Shown here: piece after piece, positions 48,796 through 61,400 of the stretch
Numbering within the stretch: the first letter of the stretch is position 1
How the letters are laid out: every line of letters starts with the position of its first letter
NCBI RefSeq assembly: GCF_964213995.1
Contig: NC_135804.1
Coordinates: 97,960,001 to 98,024,000 of the forward strand
Length of the DNA stretch: 64,000 bases
Origin: Mustelus asterias
Taxonomy: Eukaryota
Reading direction: 5' to 3'
Translations under genes and position numbers: made by a program
The notes under the pieces: generated by a model
Databases searched by the model: none
The model's input: only the letters and a program-made list of their open reading frames with translations
What the model was told of the DNA's origin: nothing

Positions 48796-50480
48796 GGGCC
48801 CAATTTTACTATCACATTGTGCCCGTTTTCAGGCATGAAAACTTGGTAAAGTCGGGTGTGAGGCGAGTAGCGAGATCCGTGCCCACCCCCGCGCCAGTTG
48901 CTCCTTTACCAAGGCCCAAAAATGCCGCGATCGGTACCGCACCCGAAACGGGCGTGACAGCCATTTAAATGCATTTGCATGCATTTAAATTGTCTTAATG
49001 GGCTGCACACCCAACTTTCCTGGCACTTCCCCCTTTACCACCCTGTTTGCCCATCCAGAATCAACGCAAAACAGACATGCTCCATAGAAGTCCGATTCGG
49101 GCGCTGTAGTTAGAGTCACAGAGTCAGAGAGTCACACAGATGTACAGCATGGAACCAGGCCCTGCGGCCCAACTTGTCCATGCCGCCTTTTTTTTTAAAC
49201 CCCTAAATTAATCCCAATTGCCCTCATTTGGCCCATATCCCTCGATACCCATCTTACCCATGTAACTGTCTAAATGCTTTTTAAAAGACACAATTGTACC
49301 CACCATTCCTACTACCTTTGGCAGCTTGTTCCAGACACGCACCACCCTCTGTGTGAAAAAATTGCCCCTCTGGACACTTTTGTATCTCTCCCCTCTCACC
49401 TTAAACCTATGCCCTGTAGTTTTAGACTCCCCTACCTTTGGGAAAAGATATTGAGTATCTAGCTGATCTGTGCCCTTCATTATTTTATAGACCTCCATGA
49501 GATCACCCCTCAGCCTTCTACGCTCCAGGGAAAAAAGTCCCAGTTTATCCAGCCTCTCCTTATAACTCAAACTATCAAGTCCCGGTAATATCCTAGTAAA
49601 TCTCTTCTGCACTCTTTCTAGTTTAATAATATCCTTTCTATAATAGGGTGACCAGAACTGTACACAGTATACCAAATGTGGCCTTACCAATGTCTCGTAC
49701 AACTTCAACAAGATGTCCCAACTCCTGTATTCAATGTTCTGACCGATGAAACCAAGCATGCCGAATGCCTTCTTCACCATTCTGTCCACCTTTGACTCCG
49801 CTTTCAAGGGGCTATGAACACGTACTCTAGATCTCTTTGTTCTGTAACTCTCCCCAACGCACCTACCATTAACTGAGTAAGTCCTGGTTCAACCTATCAA
49901 AATGCATCACCTCGCATTTATCTAAATTAAACTCCATCTGCCATTCACCAGCCCACTGGCCCAATTGATCAAGTTAGGGAGGAGTAAGTGCTTGGCATTT
50001 GCGGCTCTCTGCTTAAGATCGGTGGAGCCAAACCGGGGCGGGAAGGAGGGGATTGGGGGAAGGTGGGTTCGCTGCCACTCTGCTTGAGATCAGCGGAGGG
50101 AAAGAGTAGGGAGGGGCCCACGCTCGGTCTGGGTGGTGGACAGATTGGTGGATAAGGGGGTCAGTAATGTTATGGGGGTGGGGCAATGTCTGTGGGGGCC
50201 AGGGGGAGGCATTATCCGGCCCGGGAGGGATGTGGCAGAGGAGTAGCATTCTATCATTGTTTTTCTGTGCATGCGCAGGTGGAGGCGTCGATCGGAGCTG
50301 TAGAGTTTTGGGCGCATTAAGCCCCACCCACAGCTTGTGCCGCACAATTCAGACTCGCTGATATTTTTGCAGGCAGAGTGTGTATGGGGGCACCGGAGAA
50401 CGGGTCTAAAAGTCGGATCTGAAACACTCCCAGTTTCAAGTCCGCCCAGCACTTCGAATCAGAATGGTAAAATAGGGCCT
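48796..50480. mobile_element. Complete non-autonomous Harbinger-like element, TSD TAT, with a nested CR1
   Basis: GGGCCCAATTTTACT...GGTAAAATAGGGCCT, flanked by TAT at 48793-48795 and 50481-50483. Confidence 0.88.
49114..49971 (-). mobile_element. CR1 3' fragment, TSD AGTTAG
   Basis: ORF 49208-49807 is the CR1 ORF2 C-terminus; AGTTAG at 49108-49113 and 49972-49977. Confidence 0.92.
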
Positions 50481-50564
50481 TATGTCTCACAAACAAGTCA
50501 TGGACTGACTTGAAATTCTTTTAAAACTTTTATTTGGACTCTTATTTTCTCATTTCTGATGTGT

Positions 50565-50833
50565 NNNNNNNNNNNNNNNNNNNNNNNNNNNNNNNNNNNN
50601 NNNNNNNNNNNNNNNNNNNNNNNNNNNNNNNNNNNNNNNNNNNNNNNNNNNNNNNNNNNNNNNNNNNNNNNNNNNNNNNNNNNNNNNNNNNNNNNNNNNN
50701 NNNNNNNNNNNNNNNNNNNNNNNNNNNNNNNNNNNNNNNNNNNNNNNNNNNNNNNNNNNNNNNNNNNNNNNNNNNNNNNNNNNNNNNNNNNNNNNNNNNN
50801 NNNNNNNNNNNNNNNNNNNNNNNNNNNNNNNNN
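50565..50833. other. Assembly gap (269 N) in a (TG)n-rich microsatellite
   Basis: N run flanked by GTGT and a TG-rich repeat that continues to about 50896. Confidence 0.99.
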
Positions 50834-52240
50834 TGAATCTGTGTGTGTGCGTGTATGTGTGTGTGTATCTGTCTGTCTGTATGTATGTGTGTGTGTTGCA
50901 TCTTTATAAATTTTTCCTCTGGTTTTAGTAACTAATAAACTTTCTCTTTCTTTGACTCAAGATTACCTGGTTAAATTGGCTCCTTACGAAAAGTCAGAAC
51001 ATTTGGATTGGGCAAAATGATCCAAAGGATTTCAAACAAACCTATATTGTGACCAATTGAGGAAGTTGGGAAGAAAGGGGAACCAGATTATTCCTCCTCA
51101 CCCAGTCATAACACAATAAATGTAGACAAGGAGACTCTGGAGGGCATTTTCCACCCCCATTTTCTGTGCCCAATTTCCATGCCCCCTCACTCCACCAACC
51201 TAGGCAGCATGACTTCACAGTCAGCGAGGCTTACAATAGGCTTCTAAATACAGGAAACGAGTGAATAGAACCCAGGCAGTGATGGGGGCAGTGCTGGAGG
51301 GTCCATGTGGGATGTGCCGGGCCTCCGTGGGGGGTTTATGGGGTCCGTGTCCATGGTGGGGTGGGGTGGAGTGGGGAAGGGGGGTGGTTTAGACGGTGAG
51401 GAAGGGAGAATTCCAAAGGAAATTCCGTGGGGCGGATTCCATGGTGGTGGGGGGGCAACATCTCCAGGGGTCCACTTTCCGAATGTGCAGCTTATCTCTC
51501 ACCAGAGGCAGCATAATGCAAAGCTATATGCAACCTTTAGATTGTAGCTATGACACATGAATGTTCTGCTGGTTCTTAACCCCACTGTCTTCCACCCAGA
51601 CCAGCAGATATCAGGCTGTCCTGTGCATGAGTGTTCCATGGCTGTCTGAGTGCAGACCTACTGAACCTATCTTGTAAACAGCATATGGTGTTATTCTGAG
51701 CTGTTGCCACTAAGTCAAAGTCAAGTGATGCTGTGTTTTCAGGAGTTCGACTATCTTCTAGTGCCTCGACCTCACATTTGCTTCACCTTAAGTCGAGGAT
51801 AAACGGAGACAGTTGATTTGTGTCCTGTGCTATGCATAGTGTGTAAAGGGGAGATTTCACTGTGAAGAGAAAAAGCACAAGATTGTCAAGAAGACTGCAG
51901 GCTTGCCATTCATCACACCCCAAAATGAACCATCCCTTGATGCTTACAATGTCCTCCTCAATTGGAGTAAAGATGCTAACGCAAATTCCCTCTCCTAATC
52001 TCTTATTGCTTACAAACCTGTCCTTGAAGCAAGCAGGCAAAATATTTCTGCTTTGAGGATGTGCACATTAAGGTAAGAAAGTGCTGGCAGTTTGTGAAAA
52101 CAGGAAGGAAAAGGAGGAGGCAAGGAATATCATAGCAATAAGGGAATTAGGAGCAGTAGGAAGTAGAATGAAGTGTGCTACAGTGATTGGATGAAATTGT
52201 TCATAAACAGGGGAATGTAGTATTGTGAATGCTAGAGCTA

Positions 52241-52408
52241 TTCGCTTTCGGAGCGCTCGCTGCTCCTTCGTCAGTTGAGTGGGATTTCTGAAAGGAGCGC
52301 TCCGAAAGCTAGTGGCTTTTGCTACCAAATAAACCTGTTGGACTTTAACCTGGTGTTGTGAGACTTCTTACTGTGTTTACCCCAGTCCAATGCCGGCATC
52401 TCCACATC
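52241..52408 (+). mobile_element. Short Penelope-like pLTR insertion with inverted 5' part, 13-bp TSD and hammerhead motifs
   Basis: AATGCTAGAGCTA at 52228-52240 and 52409-52421; GGAGCGCTCCGAAAGC-type motif on both strands; AATAAA near the 3' end. Confidence 0.8.
52244..52274 (-). ncRNA. Hammerhead ribozyme catalytic core (minimal Penelope type); activity unproven
   Basis: Minus strand CUGACGA-A-GGAGC-AGCGAGC-GCUCC-GAAA-GC, i.e. CUGANGA, a 5-bp stem II and GAAA. Confidence 0.6.
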
Positions 52409-53442
52409 AATGCTAGAGCTACCAGCAGTGTGGAGCTAAGCAGAAAGAACTATGAGATTTGAGTTGACAGTCTTACCACTGCAATCTTGGTCGGATCATC
52501 AAACTTATTTATGTATTGCAACTACTCCTGCAAGCACTGCTCACTGCTGTGAAGCAGTCACGTGGTGAGAATTTGCTCGTTACGGGGGAATGAAGTGTTG
52601 TGAGTAGTGCAGAGCTAAGCAGAAAGAAATGTGAGATTTGAGCTGACAATTTTACCATAGGAAGCTTGGTCAGGTCTTTAATTTCTGGTATTGGACCCAT
52701 TGCTGCAAGCACTCTCACTGCTATGAAGCATTTTGTCTGAAGACTTTCCTGTTACTTGGGGAAAAGCAGAAGTGCCTTCTCCTGCAAATTTGCTCTGCCA
52801 ATAACTCCAATGCGGTGTCTGAGAACCAGACAACGCTTGCAGCCAATGTTTTACTTACAATCATGAAAATGTTTCTCTGAAAATTGTCCGCAATCCAAGT
52901 GCACATGCAGTTTACAAAGTGTGGGCTGCCTTGAAGTGTAATCAGGGATGTCAGGATATTCATGTCCTCCATTAGGTAAACTACCAATGATTAGTGCGAG
53001 TCATGTTAGAATTATGCCAACTGTGTTATAATGAAGGCTCCTGACCAATTTTGCTTCTCATTGTGGTCATTTGCAGTGCTGATTCCGACCCTAAACAAAT
53101 TTATACCCCAATATTTTTCTACATTGCACATGTGTCCCATTTCAAAAAGTTACCTTCTGTTAAAAAAAGATTACACTATGTTTGATGAAAGTAGTGTAAA
53201 AGAACCAGACTTCACACAGGAAGTGGCTGACCTCAATTATGCCATTTATCTGACAAGATAGTATGGGAATCTATGTGTTTAACGGTCAATGTCAGCACAT
53301 TCTGGCTGATGTTTGTTGGAACATGGAATCAAGTTAGAGGAAGCTGTCAATATTGGAAGGCATACTAATTCTTCTTCTTTATCCAATCAACTTTTATGAT
53401 GATAAATAAATTGCAGGCAAGAAATGGATTAACACTTGTTGG

Positions 53443-53723
53443 TAAAGTAAAGTTTATTTATTAATCACAAGTAAGGCTTATATTAACACTGCAATGAAGT
53501 TACTATGAAATTCACCGAGTCGTCACATTCCTGTTCGGGTCAATGCACCTAACCAGCACGTCTTTCAGACTGTGGGAGGAAACTGGAGCCCCAGGAGGAA
53601 ACCCACGCAGACACAGGGAGAACGTGCAAACTCCACACAGACAGTGACCCAAGCTGGGAATCAAACCCGGGTCCCTGGCGCTGTGAGGCAGCAGTGCTAA
53701 CCACAGTGCCACTGTGCCGTCCC
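53443..53723 (-). mobile_element. tRNA-derived SINE, HE1-type head with Rex1-like tail
   Basis: Reverse complement of the 877-1155 type. Confidence 0.88.
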
Positions 53724-54689
53724 TTCAAAAAGTGCTGAGGATAGCCAAAGCTGGTTTTCCTACTACAGATTCTCAACTGGAATGAAAGGTTGTAATTTAG
53801 TTTGTCATTGAGCAAGTTATTTCCATCCATTTGACCTAATCACTTGAGTTGACCTCCTACTAAATGGTTGGCCTTTCCCACTGAATTAGAAATGCTCTAA
53901 AATTAGACTGTAAACATTAATGCACAGAAAAATGTAGCCTTACAAAAGGGTAAGACTTGATATTTTTGGCAATTTTCCCATGCCTGAGCAATCTGTTTGA
54001 CTTACTGAAAGCTTTTGTCTTCACATTCCTGCATCAGACTTGTTATTGGAAATGACCTCAGCCTCCACCCTCATTTCCTAAATGTTGGGTTCTGCAGCTG
54101 CAGGAAGAGGTCCTAAAGCAAACATTTCATGCTGTAATTAAAACAAAGCAGCCAGGACTCCACAGAACTACAAGGCCTCTGATAGCAATAATCATCTGCT
54201 CCCTTGTTTTAAATCTTGAATGTCCTGCAGGAGATGAATTGAATGTTCGTTCTTAACCAGTAGAAAATTATATTAAAGTTTGTACAGAATGTCTCCCAGG
54301 CAGTCATTACCGGACTCATTTAGAAAGCTTTACTCTTACATTTTGGTTGAGTTCCTGAGGTTTTAGTCTGCATCTGAATGTAATTTTATGAATCGTGCAC
54401 AAAACCATTCAGCAAAACCATGAAGAAAGCTACATTTTCTTTTTGTCGTTTCCTTTTACACAAATTCATTCATTCCCAAAACTGTTGAACTGTGTAACTT
54501 TTTACCTTCTTCAGTCTTCCCTCTTTCTCTAATCCAAAGAATTTTAAAATCTAAAGTTAGTGTTATCTATTGGCTGTATGATAAATTCAAGTTTACAGTA
54601 AAGGTGTTCTTACATTCATCATCCTAACTCACCCACTGTAGCAAGTTTATTTTAATGAGTTTGGATAGAACTGCCCTAAAGGTATGTAG

Positions 54690-55610
54690 AATTACAGAAT
54701 CATAGAATGGTTACAGTACGTACAGAAGGTGGCTATTCAGCCAGCTGTGTCTGTGCTGGTTCTCTGAAGGAGCAATTCACCTAGTGCCACTCCCTGCCTT
54801 TTCCCTGTGGCCCTTCATTATTTTCCCTTTCAGATAATGATCTAATTCCCTTTTGAAAGCTTTGATTCACCCTGCCTCCATTAGACTCGCTGACTGTATA
54901 CTCTAGATCCTAATACTTGATGTGTGAAGAGGTTTTTCCTCATGTCACCATCGCTTCTTTGAGAATTCCCTCTTGTTCTTGATCCTCTACCAATGAGAAC
55001 AGGTACTTCCTACCAGGCCCCTCATGATTTTATATATATATATATCAAATCCCTTCTCAGCCTTCTCTTCTCCATGGAAAAAATCCCAACTTCTCCAATA
55101 GTTCCGCCTAACTGAAATTTCTCAGCCCTGAAACCATTTTTGTGATTTTTTTCTGCACCGTTTCTAGAACCTTTAAATTCTTCCTAAAGAGTGGAACTGG
55201 ATGCAATATTCCAATTGACGCTGAACAGGTCAAGCAAAACTTCTTTTCATTTATAATTTATGTCCCTATTGAAAAAGTCTATGCCTTATTAGCCAAGCTG
55301 TCCAACCAACTTTGATGATTTATGCACCCTACTCCTGGACCCCCTTTAGAATTGTACTCTTTAGTTTGTGTTGTCTCTGTGCAATCTTCCTATCAAAATC
55401 AATCATTTCACACTTCTCTGCATTACGTTTCATTTGCCTCCTGTCTACCTGTTCCACCTACCTGTCTATGCTCCCTTGAAGTTCCAAACTGTCCTCCTCA
55501 TAGTTCACATTACTTCCAAGTTTTGTATCACTCACAAATCTTGAAATTATGTCCTGTACACCAAGGCCTAAGCCACGAACATATACCAGGAAGAGCAGGG
55601 GCCCTAACTA
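54690..55610 (-). mobile_element. Old CR1 3' fragment
   Basis: ACAGAATCATAGAATGGTTACAG tail start; degenerate antisense RT C-terminal motifs. Confidence 0.65.
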
Positions 55611-55619
55611 ATTTTCACA

Positions 55620-55751
55620 TTCATAGATCATTGGGAAGTCTTCATGAGAGGATGGCATCTGTACGGAAAGGATGGGTTACACCTTAACTGGAAGGGCACA
55701 AATATCCTGGCTGGGAGTTTTGCGAGAGTGTTTCGGCAGGGTTTAAACTAG
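55620..55751 (+). pseudogene. CR1 ORF1 C-terminus (SGNH esterase-like domain)
   Basis: FIDHWEVF...LYGKDGLHLNWKGTNILAGSFARVFRQGLN*; DGLHLN is the SGNH block V DxxH motif. Confidence 0.8.
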
Positions 55752-58104
55752 TGTGGCAGGAGGGTGGGGATCAAAACAGTAGGTCAGTAAGTACTGAGGC
55801 TGGGGTCAATTTGGGGGCCAGGGCAAGGCTAGCTAAGAAGAAGAGCATTCTGGAGCAGGATGACCTGAGTGGGCCTGGAGGTCTGGAGTGCATCTGCTTC
55901 AATGCGAGGAGCATAACGGGTAAGACAGACGAACTTAGGGCCTTAATGTTTACGCGGAATTTGGATGTGGTTGCGGTGACGGAGACATGGTTAAAAGAAG
56001 GACAGGATTGGCAGCTGAATATTCCGGGGTATAAGTGTTTTAGGCGAGACAGAGGAGGGGCTAAAAAAGGTGGGGGAGTAGCGGTATTAGTTAGGGAGCA
56101 TATTACAGCGGTGCAGAGGGTGGACAATTTTGAGGGGTCATGTAATGAGTCGCTGTGGGTGGAGCTCAGAAACAGGAAAGATGCAGTCACTATGCTGGGG
56201 GTATACTACAGGCCACCCAACAACCCACGGGAAGTGGAGGAATGGATATGTCAGGAGATTCTGGATATGTGCAGAAAAAATAGGGTTGTTGTAGTGGGAG
56301 ACTTCAATTTCCCTGGTATAGACTGGAAAGTGCTTAGGGCCGGGGGTTTGGACGGGGAGGAATTTGTAAAATGCGTACTGGAAGGTTCTTTGGAACAGTA
56401 TGTAGATAGCCCAACTAGAGAGGGGGCTATACTGGATCTAGTTCTGGGAAATGAGCCCGGTCAGGTCGTCAAAGTTTCGGTAGGGGAACATGTGGCAAAT
56501 AGTGACCACAACTCTGTTAACTTTAGGATAGTAATGGACAAGGACAAGTGTTGTCCTAAGGATAGGGTGCTAAATTGGGAGAAGGCTAACTATAGCCGGA
56601 TTAGGCAGGAATTGGTGGCCGTTGATTGGGAGAAGCTGTTTGGGGGTAAGTCCATGTCTGGCATGTGAGAGTCTTTTAAGGAACAGTTGATAAGGCTGCA
56701 GGACAGGCATGTGCCTGTAAAAAAGAAGGATAGGAAAGGTAGGATTCGAGAGCCATGGATAACCAGGGAAATTGAGGATCTGAGGCAACTGAAAACAGAT
56801 GGAGCTCTGGAGGAATACAGAGAGAGTAGGAAAGAACTCAAACCGGGTGTTAGAAGGACAAAAAGAGGTCACGAAATGTTCTTGGCAGACAGGATTAAGG
56901 AGAATCCTAAGGCATTTTATTCATATGTCAGGAACAAAAGAGTTGTCAGGGAAAAAGTCGGACCTCTCAGGGACAAAGGAGGGGAATTATGCTTAGAACT
57001 CAAGGGAATAGGGGAGATCCTAAATGAATACTTTGCATTGGTATTCACAAAAGAGAGGGACTTGTTGACTGGGAGTGTCTCAGAGGGAGGTGTTGACCCA
57101 TTAGAGAGAATCTCCATTACAAGGGACGAAGTGTTAGGTTTTTTAGGTAATATTAAAACTGACAAATCCCCAGGGCCTGATGGCATCTATCCTAGACTGC
57201 TCAGGGAGACAAGAGATGTACATGCTGGGCCTCTGATGGAAATCTTTGTCTCTTCATTGGACACAGGTGAGGTCCCTGAGGATTGGAGGATAGCGAATGT
57301 GGTACCATTATTTAAGAAGGGTAGCAGGGATAACCCGGGTAATTATAGGCCAGTGAGTTTGACGTCCGTGGTAGGGAAGGTGTTGGAGAGAATTCTTAGA
57401 GACAGGATGTATGCGCATTTAGAACGGAACAATCTCATTAGTGACAGACAGCATGGTTTTGTAAGAGGGAGGTCATGCCTTACAAATTTGGTGGAGTTTT
57501 TTGAGGAAGTGACAAAAACTGTTGACGAAGGAAGGGCCGTGGATGTCGTCTATGTGGAGTTCAGTAAGGCATTTGACAAAGTCCCTCATGGCAGGTTGGT
57601 AAGAAGGTTAAGGCTCATGGGATACAAGGAGAGGTGGCTAGATAGATAGAAAACTGGCTTGGCCACAGGAGACAGAGGGTAGCAGTCGAAGGGTCTTTTT
57701 CCAGCTGGAGGTCTGTGACCAGCGGTGTTCCGCAGGGCTCTGTACTGGGACCTCTGCTATTTGTGATATATATAAATGATTTGGAAGAAGGTGCAACTGG
57801 TGTTATTAGCAAGTTTGCGGATGACACGAAGATGGCTGGACTTGCGGATAGCGACGAACATTGTCGGACAATACAGCAGGATATCGATAGGCTGGAAAAT
57901 TGGAGGGAGAAATGGCAGATGGAATTTAATCCAGATAAATGTGAAGTGATGCATTTTGGAAGAACTAATGTAAGGGGGAGTTATACAGTAAATGGCAGAG
58001 CAATCAAGATTATAGAAACACAGAGGGACCTAGGTGTGCAAGTCCACAAATCCTTGGAGGTGGCAGCACAGGTGGAGAAGGTGGTGAAGAAGGCATATGG
58101 TATG
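55742..58104 (+). pseudogene. CR1 ORF2 (APE endonuclease and reverse transcriptase), disrupted; C-terminus continues at 63037-63520
   Basis: CFNARS, VTETW, YYRPP, GDFN, LDLV, SDH; NYRPVSLTS, QHGF, PQGSVLGP, FADD. Stop at 56666-56668 and a frameshift near 57600. Confidence 0.92.
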
Positions 58105-58420
58105 TGATGCGCTACTCAAACACGAAGCCTGAAGCTCGGTAAATGAAAGGCTTTTATTTACTGTAATGAAGCAGCCAGTAATTATATACACTATCCCAGA
58201 CTGAAGGGGTCCCGGCCAGAGCAGGGACTCTTATACCTCTCCCAGGAGGCGGAGCCCGACTGGGATGTGCCACAACACTACAGTACAAAGGTGTAACAAA
58301 CCCACCCTAACCCCAACAGCAACAATAGCACAACCCAACAGTAACATATGTACATTCTTGTAGTACTGGCCAGACCCTGGCTCAGTACTATCCAGTGGGA
58401 ACCAACGATGGTTCACCACA
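58105..58420 (-). repeat. 3' LTR
   Basis: Direct repeat of 62716-63031 with 3 substitutions by manual comparison. Confidence 0.97.
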
Positions 58421-58434
58421 TTCACCCCTCCTTT
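58421..58434 (-). promoter_or_regulatory. Polypurine tract
   Basis: Minus strand AAAGGAGGGGTGAA immediately before the 3' LTR. Confidence 0.85.
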
Positions 58435-58482
58435 GAGAACAAAGGCCGGCGAGGTACAAAAACAGAATAAAGTGTCAGTAGT

Positions 58483-61400
58483 CTATAAGTTCAGACGGTC
58501 AGGGGGACCGCACCGTTGTTGTGACCTCCTCAATACCGGCGGTGACACCGGAGTAGGCACTTGCGGTGACGTTCTCCCCAAGGCGGCGTCCAGCTGTTCT
58601 TCCACAGACTCACAGGCCGGTTGACCCTGAGGTGACGGTAGTCCATGGGATCCGGACACGCCCTGCAGTGGCGACCATCTTCTGGGCTCAGGCAAGCTGT
58701 ATATGGGAGTAAAATGGTTAAGCAATGGTCCCGATGCTGCCCGCGCCGTGTCCGGGGAAGAAACAAGAGATAAAGGGTTTGTAACAGGGGGTATGGGAGC
58801 GACAGGGGTTGCTACGTCCCCTGCTGGCACCAGGTCTCGGATCGAGACCGTATCCTCTCGCCCGTCAGGGTATGCCACATAGGCATACTGAGGGTTGGCG
58901 TGGAGGTGGCGTGGCCTGTTCAACCAACGGGTCGGACTTGCGGGCCCTTACATGTCGCCACAGGAGGACGGGTCCTGAGTACGTCAACCAAGACGGTAAT
59001 GAGGTCCCCGAGGAAGACTTCCGAGGGAATGAAAACATCCTCTCGTGGGGAGTAGCATTGGTTGCCGTACACAGGAGGGATCGAATAGAATGGAGCGCAT
59101 CAGAGAGCACCTCTTGCCAACGGGAGACTGGAAGACCTTTTGACTTCAACGCCAGTAAGACAGCCTTCCAGACTGTAGCATTCTCACGTTCCACCTGTCC
59201 GTTACCCCTATGGTTGTAGCTTGTGGTCCTACTAGAGGCAATCCCGTATGAGAGCAGGAATTGCCTCAAGTCATCGCTCATGAACGACGAGCCCCTGTCG
59301 CTATGGATGTAGCCGGGGTACCCGAACAGGGTAAAGAGATCACGGAATGCCTTGATAACCGTGGCAGCGGATGTATCCGAGCAGGGAACAACAAAAGGGA
59401 ACCGAGAGTACTCGTCAATGATATTGAGGAAGTACACATTCCGATCTGTTGAGGGAAGGGGGCCCTTAAAATCGACACTCAGTCTCTCGAAGGGACGAGT
59501 GGCCTTGACTAAATGTGCCCGGTCAGGTCGGTAAAAGTGCGGTTTGCATTCCGCGCAAACCCGACAGCTCCTTGTTACTGACCTGACGTCCTCCACCGAG
59601 TAAGGCAGGTTGCGGGCTTTTATGAAGTGGTAGAGCCGAGTGACCCCAGGATGGCATAGGTCATTATGGAGGGCCTGCAAACGGTCCTCCTGCATACTAG
59701 CGCATGTTCCACGCGAGAGGGCATCCGAGGGCTCATTGAGTTTCCCTGGACGGTACATGATGTCGTAGTTATAGGTGGAGAGTTCAATTCTCCACCGCAA
59801 GATCTTGTCATTCTTGATCTTGCCCCACTGCGTGTTGTTAAACATGAACGCCACGGACCGCTGGTCTGTGATCAGGGTGAACCATTTTCCCGCCAAGTAA
59901 TGTCGCCAGTACCTGACAGCCTCCACAATGGCCTGGGCCTCCTTTTCCACCGCTGAATGCCGAATTTCGGGGCCTCGGAGGGTGCGGGAAAAAAATGCGA
60001 CGGGCCTGCCCGCCTGGTTAAGTGTGGCGGCCAGGGCGAAATCAGATGCATCGCTCTCCACCTGAAAGGGGATGGACTCGTCTACCGCGTGCATCGTAGC
60101 TTTCGCGATGTCGTCTTTCAATTTCTCGAAGGCCAATCGGGCCTCTGGCGTTAGGGGAAAAGTCGTGGACTTAATGAGCGGACGGGCTTTGTCCGCGTAG
60201 CTGGGAACCCACTGCGCATAATAAGAGAAGAAGCCTAAGCATCTTCTCGGTGCTTTTGCACTAGCAGGCAAGGGAAGTTCAGAAAGGGGGCGCATACGGT
60301 CTGGATCAGGGCCAATGACCCCGTTTTCCACCACGTATCCTAGGATGGCTAAACGGCACGTACGAAACACACACTTCTCCCTGTTGTAGGTCAAGTCCAG
60401 GCGAGATGCAGTGCGTAGGAAGTTCAGGAGATTCGTGTCGTGGTCCTGCTGGTCATGGCTGCAGATGGTGACATTATCCAGGTACGGGAAGGTAGCCTGC
60501 AGCCCGTTCTGGTCCACCATTCGGTCCATAGCACGCTGGAAGACCGAGACCCCGTTGGTGACACCAAGGGAACCCTGAGAAAGTGATACAAGCGACCATC
60601 CGCCTCAAAAGCCGTGTATTGTCGGTCCTCTGGGCGAATGGGGAGTTGGTGGTAGGCAGACTTGAGGTCTATGGTGGAGAACACCCGGTACTACGCAATT
60701 TGATTGACCATATCAGATATGCGCGGGAGAGGATACGCATCCAGCTGCGTATATCGCTTAATGGTCTGACTGTAGTCAATGACCATCCGGGGTTTGTTCC
60801 CGCTCTTGACCACCACTACCTGCGCTCTCCACGGACTAGCGCTGGGTTGTATGATCCTTTCTTTGAGGAGCCGCTGAACCTCAGATCTAATGAAGATCCG
60901 ATCCTCAGCACTGTAACGCCTACTTTTAGTCGCGATGGGCTTGCAGCCTGGCACAAGATTCTGGAACAAGGAGGGTGTGGTGATCTTCAGCGTCGAGAGG
61001 CTGCAGGCGGGGCGCGTTGGGCAATTTGGAGGCTGCTGCTGTTTTCCCACTGCCAGTGAAGGGAGTGGCCCACCGTACTGTAGGATTACACTCCTCAAGT
61101 GGACCATAAAGTTTAGTCCGAGAAGTATTGGCGCGCAAAGATACGGCAACACGAGGAGCTTGAAATGCTCGTAAACTGTGCTTTGCACCTTCAAGGTTAC
61201 CAAGCAACTCCCTCGCATGGCAACAGACCGGGACCTTGATGCCATAGAGATTGTCTGTTTGGCAGGTTGAATCTGGAGTCCACACCGCTTCACAGTGTCT
61301 GGGTGGATAAAGCTCTCAGTGCTCCCGCTGTCAAACAGACAATAAATCACGTGGTCATTTACCTGGATATTCATCATAGATTTGTCAAGTCTATGAGGCT

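Larger units (their letters stand above)
47977..51112 (+). mobile_element. Probable long LTR-like element, interrupted by 48796-50480 and the gap
   Basis: Possible TGTGA start; (TG)n tract followed by AATAAAC (about 50933); ends CATAACA. No TSD verified. Confidence 0.35.

Noticed and set aside
50534-50909. ORFs spanning the N run
   Set aside because: Artefacts of the assembly gap.
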